Below are positions 1-13,076 of a DNA stretch of 64,000 bases, one piece after another; the first letter of the stretch is position 1; each line of letters opens with the position of its first letter. Source of the DNA: Eledone cirrhosa (taxonomy: Eukaryota). The stretch spans positions 326,492,001 to 326,556,000 of the forward strand of contig OZ024741.1 in assembly GCA_964016885.1 (NCBI GenBank), written 5' to 3'. The position numbers and the translations under genes are program-made. The notes beneath the pieces were generated by a model. It was given only the letters and a program-made list of their open reading frames with translations, was not told where the DNA came from and ran no database searches.

Positions 1-265
1 GCTATGTACACACACACACATACACACACTTATATTAACATACTTTTGCTCATGGCTTCGTACATACAAGCCCAGACTATTTTACTTATATATACACACA
101 CATATCTGAGCTTCGTACAGACGTATAATAACACACACACACGTGCGCCCGCGCGCGCAAATGCACGCGCACAAATATAGCTCTTTATACACAAACGTTT
201 TTTTTTCCATTTCAGGTAGATGCGCTCCATCATCCACTATTCTAAATATAAATCATACACAAAAC

Positions 266-475
266 CCCAGCATCAACTGTTTCCAACAGTTGTCAACATA
301 AATTTTTTTTACCAATTCTACCCCACCCGTCCCTTCAATTCTTCTAATTTCTCATTCTTTCTTCTATTGAAGGACTAGCGTCCGAAACGATAAAACCCTC
401 TTCCTGCTATTTCAAGCGTTAACTAATATATTTCTTCCATATACTGTACCGATTGTTTGCCTTTTGCACACACAC
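266..475 (+). mobile_element. Penelope-type 3' terminal cassette ending in (CA)n with degenerate minimal hammerhead
   Basis: Similar to 43017-43258. Contains CTATTGA-A-GGAC-TAGC-GTCC-GAAA-CG (364-389); the second copy has an intact CTGATGA. Confidence 0.55.
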
Positions 476-724
476 CCGAAATGTTCATAAACCGAAATTA
501 TTTCCCCATACTAGAGAAATACTGTGGGAGAGATACTGCCTCATTTAATATATATAACCCCCTCACTTTTAATCTCAAATTTTGAATCGTTTTCTCCCTC
601 TTTCTCCCACTCTCCGTTCGATTTGTGGTTATATCTTAACCCCACACCAGAAAAAAAAAATTATTATGCAATTAGTATCCAGCTGTTACGGCTACCTTTC
701 GTTCCGAGAATACTCCAATTTTAC

Positions 725-803
<79 letters not shown>

Positions 804-1052
804 TGCATTCAAAGTTATGTCAAGTTTGAGATAATTTAGAACATGCGACTTGTCCCCCAAAATAAGCTCAAGGGACATTTACAAAATAAATCCGAGCATT
901 TAATCATTACAAAACACTGTATGACATATATGCACACATATATATGTAATGATATAAATGTACAATGGAACATATCAAACTTTAACAGGAAACAATGTGT
1001 ATAGAATGTAAGAACATAGTTCATTACAGTATCACATTCAAATTTAACAAAA

Positions 1053-1271
1053 ATTTTAAATATTGATGCCTGATAAAAATTATATATATTTCCCTCATAT
1101 ATATCCTTCATAAATCATGAATATATTTCACCAAATATCGGCGCAGTTAGATAATCGATCTGGATCTTCAGTGAGGCTATCGATCTATTTAAACTTACAC
1201 CCGTTAACTGAAAACGACGAAAGAAGCATATGGTATTATAAAAAAAACATATGCACATGGTCGCCACTGTA

Positions 1272-1342
<71 letters not shown>

Positions 1343-1466
1343 GTTATACATATATATGTTTTTGCATGTCAGTTAGATTCAAACTTACAATGATTGGCAT
1401 TATATATAATGCCAATCATTGTAAGTTTGAATCTAACTGACATGCAAAAACATATATATGTATAAC

Positions 1467-1561
<95 letters not shown>

Positions 1562-1782
1562 TACAGTGGCGACCATGTGCATCTGTTTTTTTTATAATAC
1601 CATATGCTTCTTTCGTCGTTTTCAGTTAACGAATGTAAGTTTAAATAGATCGATAGCCTCACTGAAGATCCAGATCGATTATCTAACTGCGCCGATATTT
1701 GGTGAAATATATTCATGATTTGTGAAGGATATATATGAGGGAAATATATATATAATTTTTATCAGGCATCAATATTTAAAAT
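1053..1782. repeat. Long spacer-less palindrome with (CT)n/(TA)n in each arm
   Basis: Centre TGATTGGCATTATA|TATAATGCCAATCA at 1404/1405. Arms are reverse complements out to 1053 and 1782, with a few substitutions and different microsatellite lengths. Confidence 0.95.
1658..1717 (+). ncRNA. Degenerate hammerhead-like motif (mirror copy about 1115-1175 on minus)
   Basis: CTGAAGA (1662-1668), imperfect stem CCAGAT...ATTTGG, GAAA (1704-1707), then TATATTC. Stem I is poorly formed. Confidence 0.4.
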
Positions 1783-2438
1783 CATAGTAGATTCAAATAT
1801 CATAGAGAGTAAGAGAGAGAGGGGGCGGGGGAGAAATGAGGTGCAAAAGAAATGAAACATGGATTACAGGTTACTATATAGTATAGATATATGATAAACA
1901 AAACGAGTTTTTCGAACACCCAAATGATTTAGAAGTTCAACTTATGTAGGAGCAATAACACTAAGAAAGACATGAACGACACCATATAAACTTGTTTTGA
2001 AAATGTTGAAAGTAGGTTTATAAGTATGAATTTTTATAAGATTTTTCACTGTTGTCTCAGTGGCCTAGTGGTAGGTACAAGAGACGGTGGAGATTCTGAG
2101 CATGAGCTCAATTCTTCTCAAGAGATATATGTAATCTTTTTCAGTTTTTATTTTACATCCCATAGAAAAAAAACTGTAAAGGTTTACTGGGTACCTTACT
2201 CCCAACCAGGATCGAACTTTAGACCAGGATCATCACCGTCTACGATTTCTCCAGCTTTTCTACTGAATCCATTAGAAAGAGGTGTGAAGTACTAGTCATA
2301 GTATAAGCAGCTCAGCAAAATATGAATTTGGAGCAGTTATATACTATTTTAAGATATCATATAAAGAAGTGAATCTTAAAATAAGCAATAACATTATTTA
2401 TATTTAATCAATAGTTACGAAATTTAGTAATATTCATT

Positions 2439-2580
2439 TGGCAGTATCGGTAGAGGGTCGGATACTGAGTTCAAATCCCGCCGAGGTTGACTATGCCTTT
2501 CATCCTTACGGGGTCGATAAAATAAAGTACCAGTAATGCACTGGGTAATTGCTGGCCTTGTGCCTAAAGTAGAAACAATT
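2439..2580 (+). mobile_element. SINE family A (octopus-type, internally deleted copy)
   Basis: Core CTGAGTTCAAATCCCGCCGAGGTTGAC...GCCTTTCATCCTTACGGGGTCGATAAAATAAAGTACCAG...GCTGGCCTTGTGCC recurs more than a dozen times in the window. Confidence 0.85.
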
Positions 2581-2679
2581 ATTTATTCAAAGTAATCCAA
2601 CTTATTTTACAAACAGGATACAAAAACATAATTTGGACGCAGTTCCGCGCTCATCCCTTTATTATAGTTACGATCACAT

Positions 2680-2798
2680 CCGGACATGCTCAAATAAGAG
2701 TATTGATGATATTGCTAGGCACCCGCCGATGAGCAACATCTACAATATGGATTCTTCATTTATTATAGCGAAACATACTCTTATTTGAGCATGTCCGG
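2680..2798. repeat. Small MITE-like inverted repeat
   Basis: CCGGACATGCTCAAATAAGAGTAT (2680-2703) is exactly complementary to 2775-2798. Confidence 0.7.
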
Positions 2799-4178
2799 TG
2801 TTATTAAGGCGGGAAAAGTTTTGATCTCCTATGATTGAACACATATCTCTATGTGTACTTCTCTCTATATGTCGAGCTCTCTAAATTATAGGGGATTAAC
2901 GTGCGTTTTACCTACCGTTTTTTTATTTTATTTCATATATGTATAAATTACATGATATTTAGGAAAAAGTACATACTTTAAGGCGGGAAAGCTTTTATTT
3001 TCCTGATGGTAATGTTTCATAGTTAGTAAATCGAAGCAAAAATCGATCTAAGTAATCGATGTTCAATTACCAACTATCGACCTTGTCAAATTTATGGAAG
3101 ACGGGAAACTAGCCATCAGCGGAATTGTCTTTGGATAATTTTACGGCGGTTTCGACTGTTCCTGTCTTTTCTACGAAGAGAAGAGCTAGCGCGTGATTTT
3201 AATCTACATTGGCTGAGCAGTGATCAGACCCATACACCATAATTTAATTTCTGAGGGAATTCAGTATGATAGATTGTTTTTTATAATTCATCATTTTCAG
3301 CCCATTAAACTGGAACAAAGACAGCGTGTCCTCCTGAAGGACACAACACGTAAACAGGAATCAAATCACGACCTTACGATCGTGAGCTGGATTCATTAAC
3401 GCACTTTTATAGTCTGCTAAACTTTTCTCTTTATCCCATAAATCCTGGTAGTATAGCGACTAGCCTGTTAGATACTAAACTATATAATTGAATGTATTTG
3501 ATATATCTCAATAATTCGGACTGTCGCATTTATAAACTGTACGATCATTCTGTGTTTGTGTGGATAGGTTGAACATCCGTTGGTTAGGAAGAAGTAAGTT
3601 CCAATCGTATCTGGTGTAAAGGGTAAAAACATTCTAGGTAGAAAAACGAATCCTGGGTGATATTTATAAAGACAGAGAGAAAGAAAGACATAGAAGTAGA
3701 TAGAGCTGCTGTTGTAGCTTTCATTGCTTGTGGTTGAACAAAATGTTTCCAGCCCATCTGTTTGAATCAGGTATTCTCACTACCAGGTTCATTGACAGCA
3801 TGATTGTAATGGCATGCCTTAGGGAATTTGATATATATATTTCCATTTTATTTCTGTTTTTACACTCTATTGCAAATTTAAACAATGAATGCCATGTGGA
3901 TTTGACAGTATTATCAAGAACGATTTATAAGCAAAAATATTCATGGAGAAAGTCCTCGAAAGCAAAGGATTAGTTTGATACTATAAAATGTCATATGTGT
4001 TTCTTCTTCTAATTCAGCTCATATAAGTATATTTATCTATGTAAGTGAATTAGAGAACTATCTCTCACAAACCTCCTACGTAAAGGAAATAAGTGTTTTT
4101 GTGTGTTGAAGAGAGAAGAGAGAGAGTGTGTTGTTATCTGGCAGGTGTTAGAATCGGGCACACAGCCTGTTATATATG

Positions 4179-4180
<2 letters not shown>

Positions 4181-4209
<29 letters not shown>

Positions 4210-4241
4210 CTTCTTCTTCTTCTTCTTCTTCTTCTTCTTCT
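4181..4241. repeat. (TTC)n microsatellite
   Basis: Direct reading; (GATA)n follows at about 4352-4410. Confidence 0.95.
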
Positions 4242-4363
4242 CAGAAGCATGTCACGAACATTTAAAGTTGGTAGTACACATTCTATTCTACTTCTCAACG
4301 AACGCGAGTTCTTCAAGGAAGAGAAAGAGAAAGAGAAGCGGAGATAAACGGATAGATAGATAT

Positions 4364-4412
<49 letters not shown>

Positions 4413-5514
4413 GAGAAAAATAGAGAGAGAGAGAAGGAGAGAGATAAAAAGAGTGAGAGAATGAGAGAGAATTGGGGAAAAAGTATACCGGAAGGATCGA
4501 ATCCAATATTGAAATGCTAGTTTATTCCTTGACCTCGAATGGAACTCGTGTTGACATGACGAACAGTAAACATCATGCTATACAATATTCTAATGCAGCT
4601 ATCATTTCGCTTGCTTTTGCAAATAAGAACAACGTTAAATTAGATCATTATAAGTGAATATACCACACTAACGATTCGATCTACAATAATCTATCAGCAA
4701 TAAATTTGATCGACCTCATTTTAGCTAAATACGATTCAATTTCCTCCATAATTCAGTGTCGTTTTTAAAGCATCTTTTGCGATTGTTATATCATATTTCA
4801 TTTTTAATATAAATTTCATTTATAATTCCGCAAAAACATATTGTAATATTCAAATCTAATATCTACTTCATAGTAACTTAATCAATTATTATGTAATTCA
4901 TTTAACTTAATAATTAATATTTCCGTATATCTTTATGGATATTTGCTCTTTACCATTATTCATAATCATAATTATAAAACAGGATTAACTTTTAACAATT
5001 TAGTTTCGTTTCTTTTTGTGTTGATTTTATTTGTGTATTTATTTATATATCATGTTTTTAATTTTTGTCTAGACAGCAATAGACTTTGAATGTTATCATT
5101 TAATATAATAATGTTAATACAATAGATATTTTTCTTGTGCTATGTTAATGTAATTCTTCAAAATTTACATTCAACGTTTGCTTTGACATATTTTAGATAA
5201 TTCATAATTTATTTCTATCTCATTCAAATGAATATTCGGTTTTGCCTGTTGTTTCTCTTTGTGTATACGTACATACATACATACACATTTACACACTTTC
5301 GGATGGACCTTGACTCTTATGAGTTCTTCCGCCCTTTGGCAGGTTTTGTTTTTTGTCCTGCAGGGTGTCCAAAATCACCCTCCTCACCAATTAAACGTGG
5401 TGGGGTTGCCGGTTTAGTCGCCGACGACCCGACCATGCGACAGGTTGTACTGGGTTACATGTTATACATACATACATACATACATACATACATACATACA
5501 TACATACATAACAC

Positions 5515-6003
5515 TGTACAATGCACTCCGTAGAAAAGATAGCCCCGACAATAAACACATTAAAGCTACAGCAATGTGGAAGACATACATATACATTATA
5601 TGAAAGAGTACTGGTGGAATGCTCCAGTAAAAAACTCAATAAAATGCAAGCATAACAGACCAGAGATAATGATATGGGACAGGGGAAAGAAGCCATGCAG
5701 AGTAGTGGAAGTTAGCTGCCAAGCAGATGCCAATATAATATCAAAGATTAAAAGATTAGCGAAAAGGAGAATATCTATGCAGAACTAATGAGGAATCTGC
5801 AGATACACCACCCTGAATACACCTTCAGATTTATACCTGTGATTATTGGGGCACTGGGGTATGTTAGTAACTGCCTCGGTACAAATCTTGAGAAGCTGGG
5901 CTTCACAGAAACAGAAAGAACACTACTAGTTAGGAAATTACAAGTACAATCCATTAATGGAACAGTAAAAATATATAAGACATTCCAAAGATTCTGCATC
6001 TAA
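5515..6003 (+). pseudogene. 3' fragment of an RLE-type non-LTR retrotransposon (R4/Dong/NeSL-like endonuclease)
   Basis: YWWNAPV...KHNRPEIMIWD...VVEVSC, then after a frameshift FIPVIIGALG...LEKLGF. This is the restriction-like endonuclease pattern. It begins right after a (TACA)n tract. Confidence 0.8.
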
Positions 6004-7289
6004 TAAATGCATATACACTTGTACAGATACAAAGCATATGCATATGCACATATACTCCTCAAAACATACGCATCAACAAATACAATATCATGCATACCTG
6101 CACACACAAGCATCCATGCAGACATGCAGACATATCTACCTAGTTGATGTTGTGTGGATTCCAATGAAAGAGTATTGTATCTATGTTAGAAACCGACTCT
6201 CTCGCTCTATTGGCAAAAATTCGTGTACACGAATGTATGTATATATATATATACAATATATAGAAAGGCACAGATACATGCGGACACATACATATACATG
6301 AATATATCCACATATATCCTTGAATTAGTGGTGCCAACCTCAACCGATCTTGCTCTATGAATAACTGGGACAAAATAATCCGGATGGATTAGATTGATTC
6401 AGTATCAGAGCTATATAATACATTATGAAGAGAGAAGAAATATTAGATCTAATTAATATTTAATAATAAGATATACCATACCTAAACTCCTTCTTTACTC
6501 CTCGACTACGTAGTTTCGTGGCATATTATGCAAAAACAGAGGGGGAGTCAATCACGTGATACAGCGGTCAAGAAACAGAGCTAAGCCTCTTATAACCATG
6601 AAAATAATACCACGGAGGCGGAGGGGATACTTATATCAAAGCCGTATAATGTATTATATATATATATATATATTAATCTCCAGAGTCTAGCTATTGAGCA
6701 GTTAATTTTATTGATTTGTTCAGTTACTTATATTGACTGTTGAATGGCTCTGTTATATTTAACCATGCTGTCGAGAGCTTTATTCGATTTGTGATATTTT
6801 GCATTCTCGCAATAATACACAACTGAATCATTCGCTTAATAGAGGTGTTACCTGCCTTGCTGAATCCCACGAGGGGTCAGTAATAGCTACACTATCTATA
6901 GCATATTGGAGCAAAACCCGTTGAAAACACGACTGCCTTGTTCATCATCTAACCAGAAGCCCAACATTCTTTATGTAGGCGGACAGTACCTGATTTGGAG
7001 TCGCAGAAACCAATACTGGATTTTACCATCAGTCCAGGGTCCGGGAAAGTATCAACACATATATTTTTATTGTTTGACCCGAATTACTTGATCGTTTTGA
7101 TTTTGGCTGTGCGGATGATATGTTTAACCATCATCTCAGTGTGTTTGGCCCTTAACGTATGTTGTAGCTCTGATTCATATGATTCATCGAGCGCTTGCCA
7201 CACATATCGGACGTTGATTTTCGTTAATTCCTGAGCTGAAAACAATTCTCGCTAATTTATATTTGTATATATATATATATATATATATA

Positions 7290-7420
7290 TAAATGAAATA
7301 ACAGGAGTTCTGGACTGGTATAAATCCTTGAAAGGTTTAATATACTATGATCATTTCAATGACCGGGTTCCATATGAATCCGGCGATATCATCAGGTATT
7401 GGAATATAACAAAGGAATAT
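7290..7420 (-). mobile_element. Solo Penelope-type terminal cassette between (TA)n tracts
   Basis: Flanked by (TA)n on both sides, homologous to 61262-61395, and carries an HHR. Confidence 0.75.
7342..7399 (-). ncRNA. Type I hammerhead ribozyme
   Basis: Minus strand: ATAC-CTGATGA-[CCGGATTC...GAACCCGG stem II]-GAAA-TGATCA (palindrome)-TA-GTAT. Stem I is ATAC/GTAT. Confidence 0.85.
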
Positions 7421-8359
7421 GTAAATATATATATATATATATAAATACATTCATATACATTCATATACACATACAGACACACGCATATATATATTTGTGT
7501 ATATAAAAATGCATGTGTGTGTGAGTGTGTTTTTAATTAGACTATAACGTCAAGCGAATTCCCTCACAAAAGTATCCGACTATAGTCTTGGTGAAAAATT
7601 ACGTACTTGATAGGGATCAATCGCTAATCCTGTATGAAGTAGGCCATCTTTCTCGACGAACAATTAGCCAGTGATTGTTCATCTTTTAAAAGTTCGTCTA
7701 GAATGCCTTTTTTCTGGAATAACTCTTAGTTCGTGTACTCACGACTCTCAAAGCGGGAATCTTTCAGTGTTATATTTACTTTTGGGAACAACATAAAGTA
7801 AGGAGGAACCATGCCGGATGAATAGATGGGGGTGAGTGCTTATGAGGGAAATGCATTTCTTTCTTCATAAACCTGGGGATCAGCTGTGACAAATGAGCTG
7901 GGGCTTTAAAATGATGTATCTGTTTTGCACTGCCCAGATCCCGTCTCTTGCACCTAACCACACCCCAATGATATATGTCTGTAAATATCCGTCTTGGCGC
8001 GTATTCATGATCTAAACTGCTTCTGTTGTTGAAGAAAATATGTTAGTGTCACCTTGATTTTGTTCAACGCGTGATGTGCTCCTTTAGGTTTAGGAAACGT
8101 AGGATGCTTCCACTGTGATGGCTGAGCTTTGGTTTCCGGATCGTGTCCGTACACACACGTCTCTTAACCAATTATCATTGTTTTTTATGAACTTAGGATC
8201 ATTGTTGGCAGTATCGGGTGAAATGAAATTGTGACGAGTTAGTAGTACACAAGCGGCTACAGATTAACAGCCACTGACTGGTGCTTACAGCGAACTTGTA
8301 AAAAACCAATGCACGCGGCCCCTCTCTGTTAACGTTTGTTTTAATAACATCGTTATTAC

Positions 8360-8550
8360 CTACTATGCGTTGTGGCATGTAGTTACGGCTCTTTACGTTC
8401 TAAGTTCAATTCCTGCAGAAGTTAGCTGTGCCTTTCATCCTTACGGGGTCGATAAAATAAAGTACCAGTAATGCACTGAGATCAATTTAATCAACTTTCT
8501 CCTGTCCCAAAACTATTGGCCATGTGACTAAATCAGCAACTATTATTATA
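8360..8550 (+). mobile_element. SINE family A
   Basis: GCCTTTCATCCTTACGGGGTCGATAAAATAAAGTACCAGTAATGCACTG core; ends in TATTATTA. Confidence 0.8.
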
Positions 8551-9755
8551 CGTTTTTGACATACCTCATTCCCCAAAGAATAACAGTTATCATGTCTTAT
8601 TCACTGAAATATCTGATAATCTTTTGCATAATCTTTTACACAGTGTTCATTTTAATTGTTAATTTGTGATAGCTTTTAACGATTGTCATTGTTAATTAAT
8701 CTATTCTCTCTCACTTCACTTTGAGATTTCTTCTGCAGTCTTTTCATACATTACCGAGACAGACGTATCTGTTTTACTATTGCTCCCCAGTAAACAGCGA
8801 AGTATCGTGTTAGATAGTATTACAGAATGGGTCTCCGGGGTTCCATTTCTTTGATCGGCGGACAGCTTGCTCATGAAATTAACGAGTAATTGACTGAGCC
8901 TTCTAGAGATACCTTTTGCACCTAATATAATTCTCAGGAAAATTCCATCTGACATGGAGTGTGATAAAGGAAGGCGCTCTGAATTTTTCAGCTACAGTCT
9001 GTTTGACAGGCTTCTAAAAAAATGTCCATCTATCGAATTTCACTCACAAAGCGTTGTAAATAATTCGACCCCATGATAACATGTAATGGTTCTGAATCCA
9101 GAAACTAATAATTGCGAAGCAAACTTTTTAATCCATTCGTTTATACTACGTCTACGGTGTTAAATATCGATAATTATGATGGTAGATAATGACGTAGCTA
9201 GGCTCAGATCTAGTTATATGGTTAAGGAACTTCGCTTCGCTATCACGATTTTCTAGATTTAGTTTTTCTGCGTGAGACCTTGAGCACGTTTCTTCTGCTA
9301 TAGTCTAACATTTAGACTCTAGTTATGGGCACTCGGAGGCCCGTTTGGCTTTCTCAATGGAACAGCAAATTTCAAACGTTGCCGTGCATATTTCAATAAT
9401 ATGGTCCACCTTATGGTGAGCCACATACTATGCGGCCCACTGCTTGAAAACCCATGTCTGGTTTAAATAACCATGCTAGAACATTATATATTTGGTGGTT
9501 TAAGGTTTAAACTAAGGTAGATAGGCTTCTCTTTTATTTAAAATCATAGATATTAGCTGTAAATAAGAAAAACATTTCAGATGTTATTGTAACCTCATCT
9601 GAGAATAAATATATCTGTAAATACGTTTGAGAAAGAATATTGGGAAAGCAATGTTATATATATCATACAGAATATATATATAAAAAAAACAGAAATGATC
9701 AGCCGTATTTGCATGACTCGCTTACGTTTGGCGACGTTATTAAGTAATACATATT

Positions 9756-9930
9756 TACGAGGGTCGACTGAAAGGTTCATGGGCTGATTAGAGCTGTGAA
9801 ATGTTGCACGCATTAATTTCAAGTCTTTTTATTAATAACTGCATGGTTTCCTTCCATGGACTATATTGACAAATTAAACTCGTTTGGACATTCTTGGTCA
9901 GCTCATAAACCTTTCAGCCGAAACCTCCTA
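9756..9930. mobile_element. Tc1/mariner-like MITE
   Basis: Imperfect TIRs TACGAGGGTCGACTGAAAGGTTCATGGGCTGA / TCAGCTCATAAACCTTTCAGCCGAAACCTCCTA with TA ends. Related copies at 49948-50163, 52990-53212 and 62645-62750. Confidence 0.65.
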
Positions 9931-10832
9931 TGCTAGAATACAGCGTGTATTTGAAGGTTTTGTGTAAATTTAAAGCAGATATAGATGCAATTTTTATTGA
10001 ATATTTTAGCTGTGATAAAAATGAAGCTTTTAACTATTCCTCTATTGCGTCATTATTAGAGAATAACTACACCTATAATTCCGTGAACGAAGAAATATTG
10101 CTGTGGTCGCTTTGTGATAATTTTCTGCAGTTGATTACATACAAATTTTGTTTAAAGGGCATCTGTTTTGAATATGATATTATTGCCTGCATTCGTATAT
10201 GATTGTAGTGGTTATGAGCACTGTTGAAATTTCTATCACAATTGTATAGGTTCTATTTCTTGTGGTCTCTCTGACGATGGACATTATAAATGTGTTTATT
10301 TGCTGTATATTTTGTGGCTGCTCGTTCTTGTGTGTTGTGTGTGATTGCTGTTCTGATTGTTAATGTGTCTTTTATTAGTTGCATGTATTTATGTCAGGTT
10401 TGCTAGTGCGCTGCATATTACTGTAGATATAATTTTTTTATGTTGTTTTATTTTTTTTATTTTTGTTACCTTTTATATTGTTTGTTTTTCTTGTTGCGCT
10501 GCTGTTGGATTCTAGTTGTGTTTTTCAATTTGATTTTACCTCGCTTCATTTGTAGTTTTGCTTATGGTTGCAGCTGTATTCTAAATAGTGAAGCTTGCTA
10601 CCGCCATTTATTTCTTGTCGAAAACTTTTAGGAAGCCTGTAGCAAAACCATCTACAAACATGTAATTTTGTCCGTCTTTTAGTAACATGTCTTTTAGAGA
10701 AGCAATTTGATATTACATTATTTTATTTTTTTGATGCTCAACTCATTTCGTCAGTGTTTCATCGTACTGATAGTGTTTTCTATGTCTCGGAATATTTTTA
10801 GAGAATGCTTTTCTTTGTTTTATTAATATTAC

Positions 10833-10914
<82 letters not shown>

Positions 10915-10954
10915 AGTGTGTGCGTGTGTGTGTATGTGTGTGTATGTGTGTGTG

Positions 10955-11003
<49 letters not shown>

Positions 11004-11027
11004 TCATATATAAATATATGTGTGTGT

Positions 11028-11068
<41 letters not shown>

Positions 11069-11844
11069 TTTATATATGAATATATATATATGCATATATA
11101 TATATATATTTGTATAATACAGCTTCTTTAAATGTTACATATTTGTCTTAAATTTTATCTTACAACACCTAGACTGTTCTCTTTTATATCTATTTCATTG
11201 TTCATTCAATGTTCTGTTGATGTACTTTTTGGGGAGCTTTTGCTGATAACTTTTATATTGCAGTTTTTGCTGTAACAATTTGTTTTATGTCTTGTTTTGC
11301 CGTTGCTCGTTTAGCTGCCGTTGAAGTGGGATTTTGTATTATTACTATTTTCATGGCATTCCTGTTTAGGTAATTGTACATTCTCAAGTACTCAGATGCA
11401 TAACAAGCGAACATGGACAATACATAAAGAAGACTAAAAAGATTGGCTACTACGAAATAATATTGTGTAATGTAAAACATGAAGACGAACAGTGGATAGC
11501 AGACTAGTTAGGATGTTGGAAATCAACCAAACCTTACGTGACTTCTGTTCTACGGTCGGCATGAGATTTTGTCATTTGTCTAGGGCCTATTGACCAGTTG
11601 CAAGACGAATGGCACTGTAAGTGTAATGGAAGCTAGAGCAATGTAAAATTAACGAAAGATCTGTTAACTAGCAATGCTAAATTGGCATTCAGATCTACTT
11701 TATAATCTTAAAATATGGAAGAACATAGCGGGTTATATGAACCTAGATACGTTGTGTGTTATTAAAACCATGAATGGTCACTACAGAACACATTTGATCG
11801 TAGATATACTGTATCAGGATTAAATTGCATTGATGCTGACATTA

Positions 11845-12035
11845 ACATGGTTTCTGATTTAGGCACAAGGCCAATAATTCTGAGGGAGAGAAATGTCGAC
11901 TAAATTTAACTCAATTCATTACTGGTACTTTATTTTATCGACCTCGATCCAGTAAGGATGAAATGTAAAGGCCCGTAGCTCTATGCCATGAAGCATGTTG
12001 TTGACGCTTTACCAATACTCCCAATCCATTGACGT
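11845..12035 (-). mobile_element. SINE family A
   Basis: GGCACAAGGCCA...ACTGGTACTTTATTTTATCGACC...AAGGATGAAA, the reverse of the core. Confidence 0.75.
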
Positions 12036-12891
12036 CAACATCAACAAATGGTATGAGGATATCTCTCTTAAGAAGAAAGAGCAGTCAACACTTTCTGGAA
12101 CACAACCCAAAGTAAATGGCAAGTAGTGTTAATCTTCGAAACTGGTCTTAACCGGACATGTCTTTTCACACTCATCCAATAAACACTTCAGAGTCTGACA
12201 GGCAGTGATGACCTATGAACATAAATATTAACCCTCATTAAATATAGATGTAAAATTCCTTTAGAGGTATTTATTTCACAATATCGACGAGGTGAATGGT
12301 GGGAGTTAAACTTAAAAGAAGATTCACGCAAGAAGAAGTGTAACGTCTTGGAAGCTTCTAACTTTGATGTCCAACTGGAATATGTGAATAGTTGATAATA
12401 TCACTTGCTTCTATATTAGGTTCAATGATCCTATATTAACGACATGCATGACAACTAACCCTATAATTCTATAATTCTTCCCACTGCTGATTCTGTAATT
12501 CCATTCTACAAATCCATATAATAGTTTCTATACAGGATACAACGATATAGCCTCATATGTGGCTATTCAAAGTATTATAAATAGCCACAAAATGATTCTT
12601 ATAAAGCTTCTGCTAGATATAATAATCAAAATGTTTAAAAATGTGCCCCAATTTCTTTTCCGAATCAATGACGGGTAGAAGTAACCCATGAAACACTACT
12701 GTTTTATCCGGACATATATTTTCTCTCTTATCTAACATCTATTATAATTCACTTGACTGATGATTTATGAAACAAAATAGTAAACACATTAGATAATGTG
12801 GTCGTAGGTGCAGTATCTCTGAGAGGATAAAAGGTTGCTAAAATGCTTGCAGTGTACAGATATACTATTCATAGAAAATATTAAGCCATAA

Positions 12892-13076
12892 AATAATTGT
12901 TTCTACTTTTCGCACAAGGACAGCAATTATCCCAGTGCATTACTGGTGTTTTATTTTATCGACCCCGAAAGGATGAAAGGCAAAGTTAACCTCGGGGGGA
13001 TTTGAACTCAGACCGGAAAGGGCCGTAGCTCTATGCTGCTAAGCATGACGTCCAACCCTCTACCGATACTGTCAAC
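12892..13076 (-). mobile_element. SINE family A
   Basis: TTTATTTTATCGACCCCGAAAGGATGAAAGGCAAAGTTAACCTCGG..GGATTTGAACTCAG. Confidence 0.85.

Noticed and set aside
6760-7240. Possible hAT/Buster transposase remnant on minus (RPICV...ES...KH)
   Set aside because: Only scattered motif resemblance across frames; not supportable without a profile search.
7776-8955. Possible host exons in moderately GC-rich unique sequence
   Set aside because: No recognisable domain, short frames and no convincing splice chain.
12755-12780. CTGATGA...GAAA here and at about 14280-14310 (minus)
   Set aside because: Stems I, II and III cannot be formed; probably chance matches.
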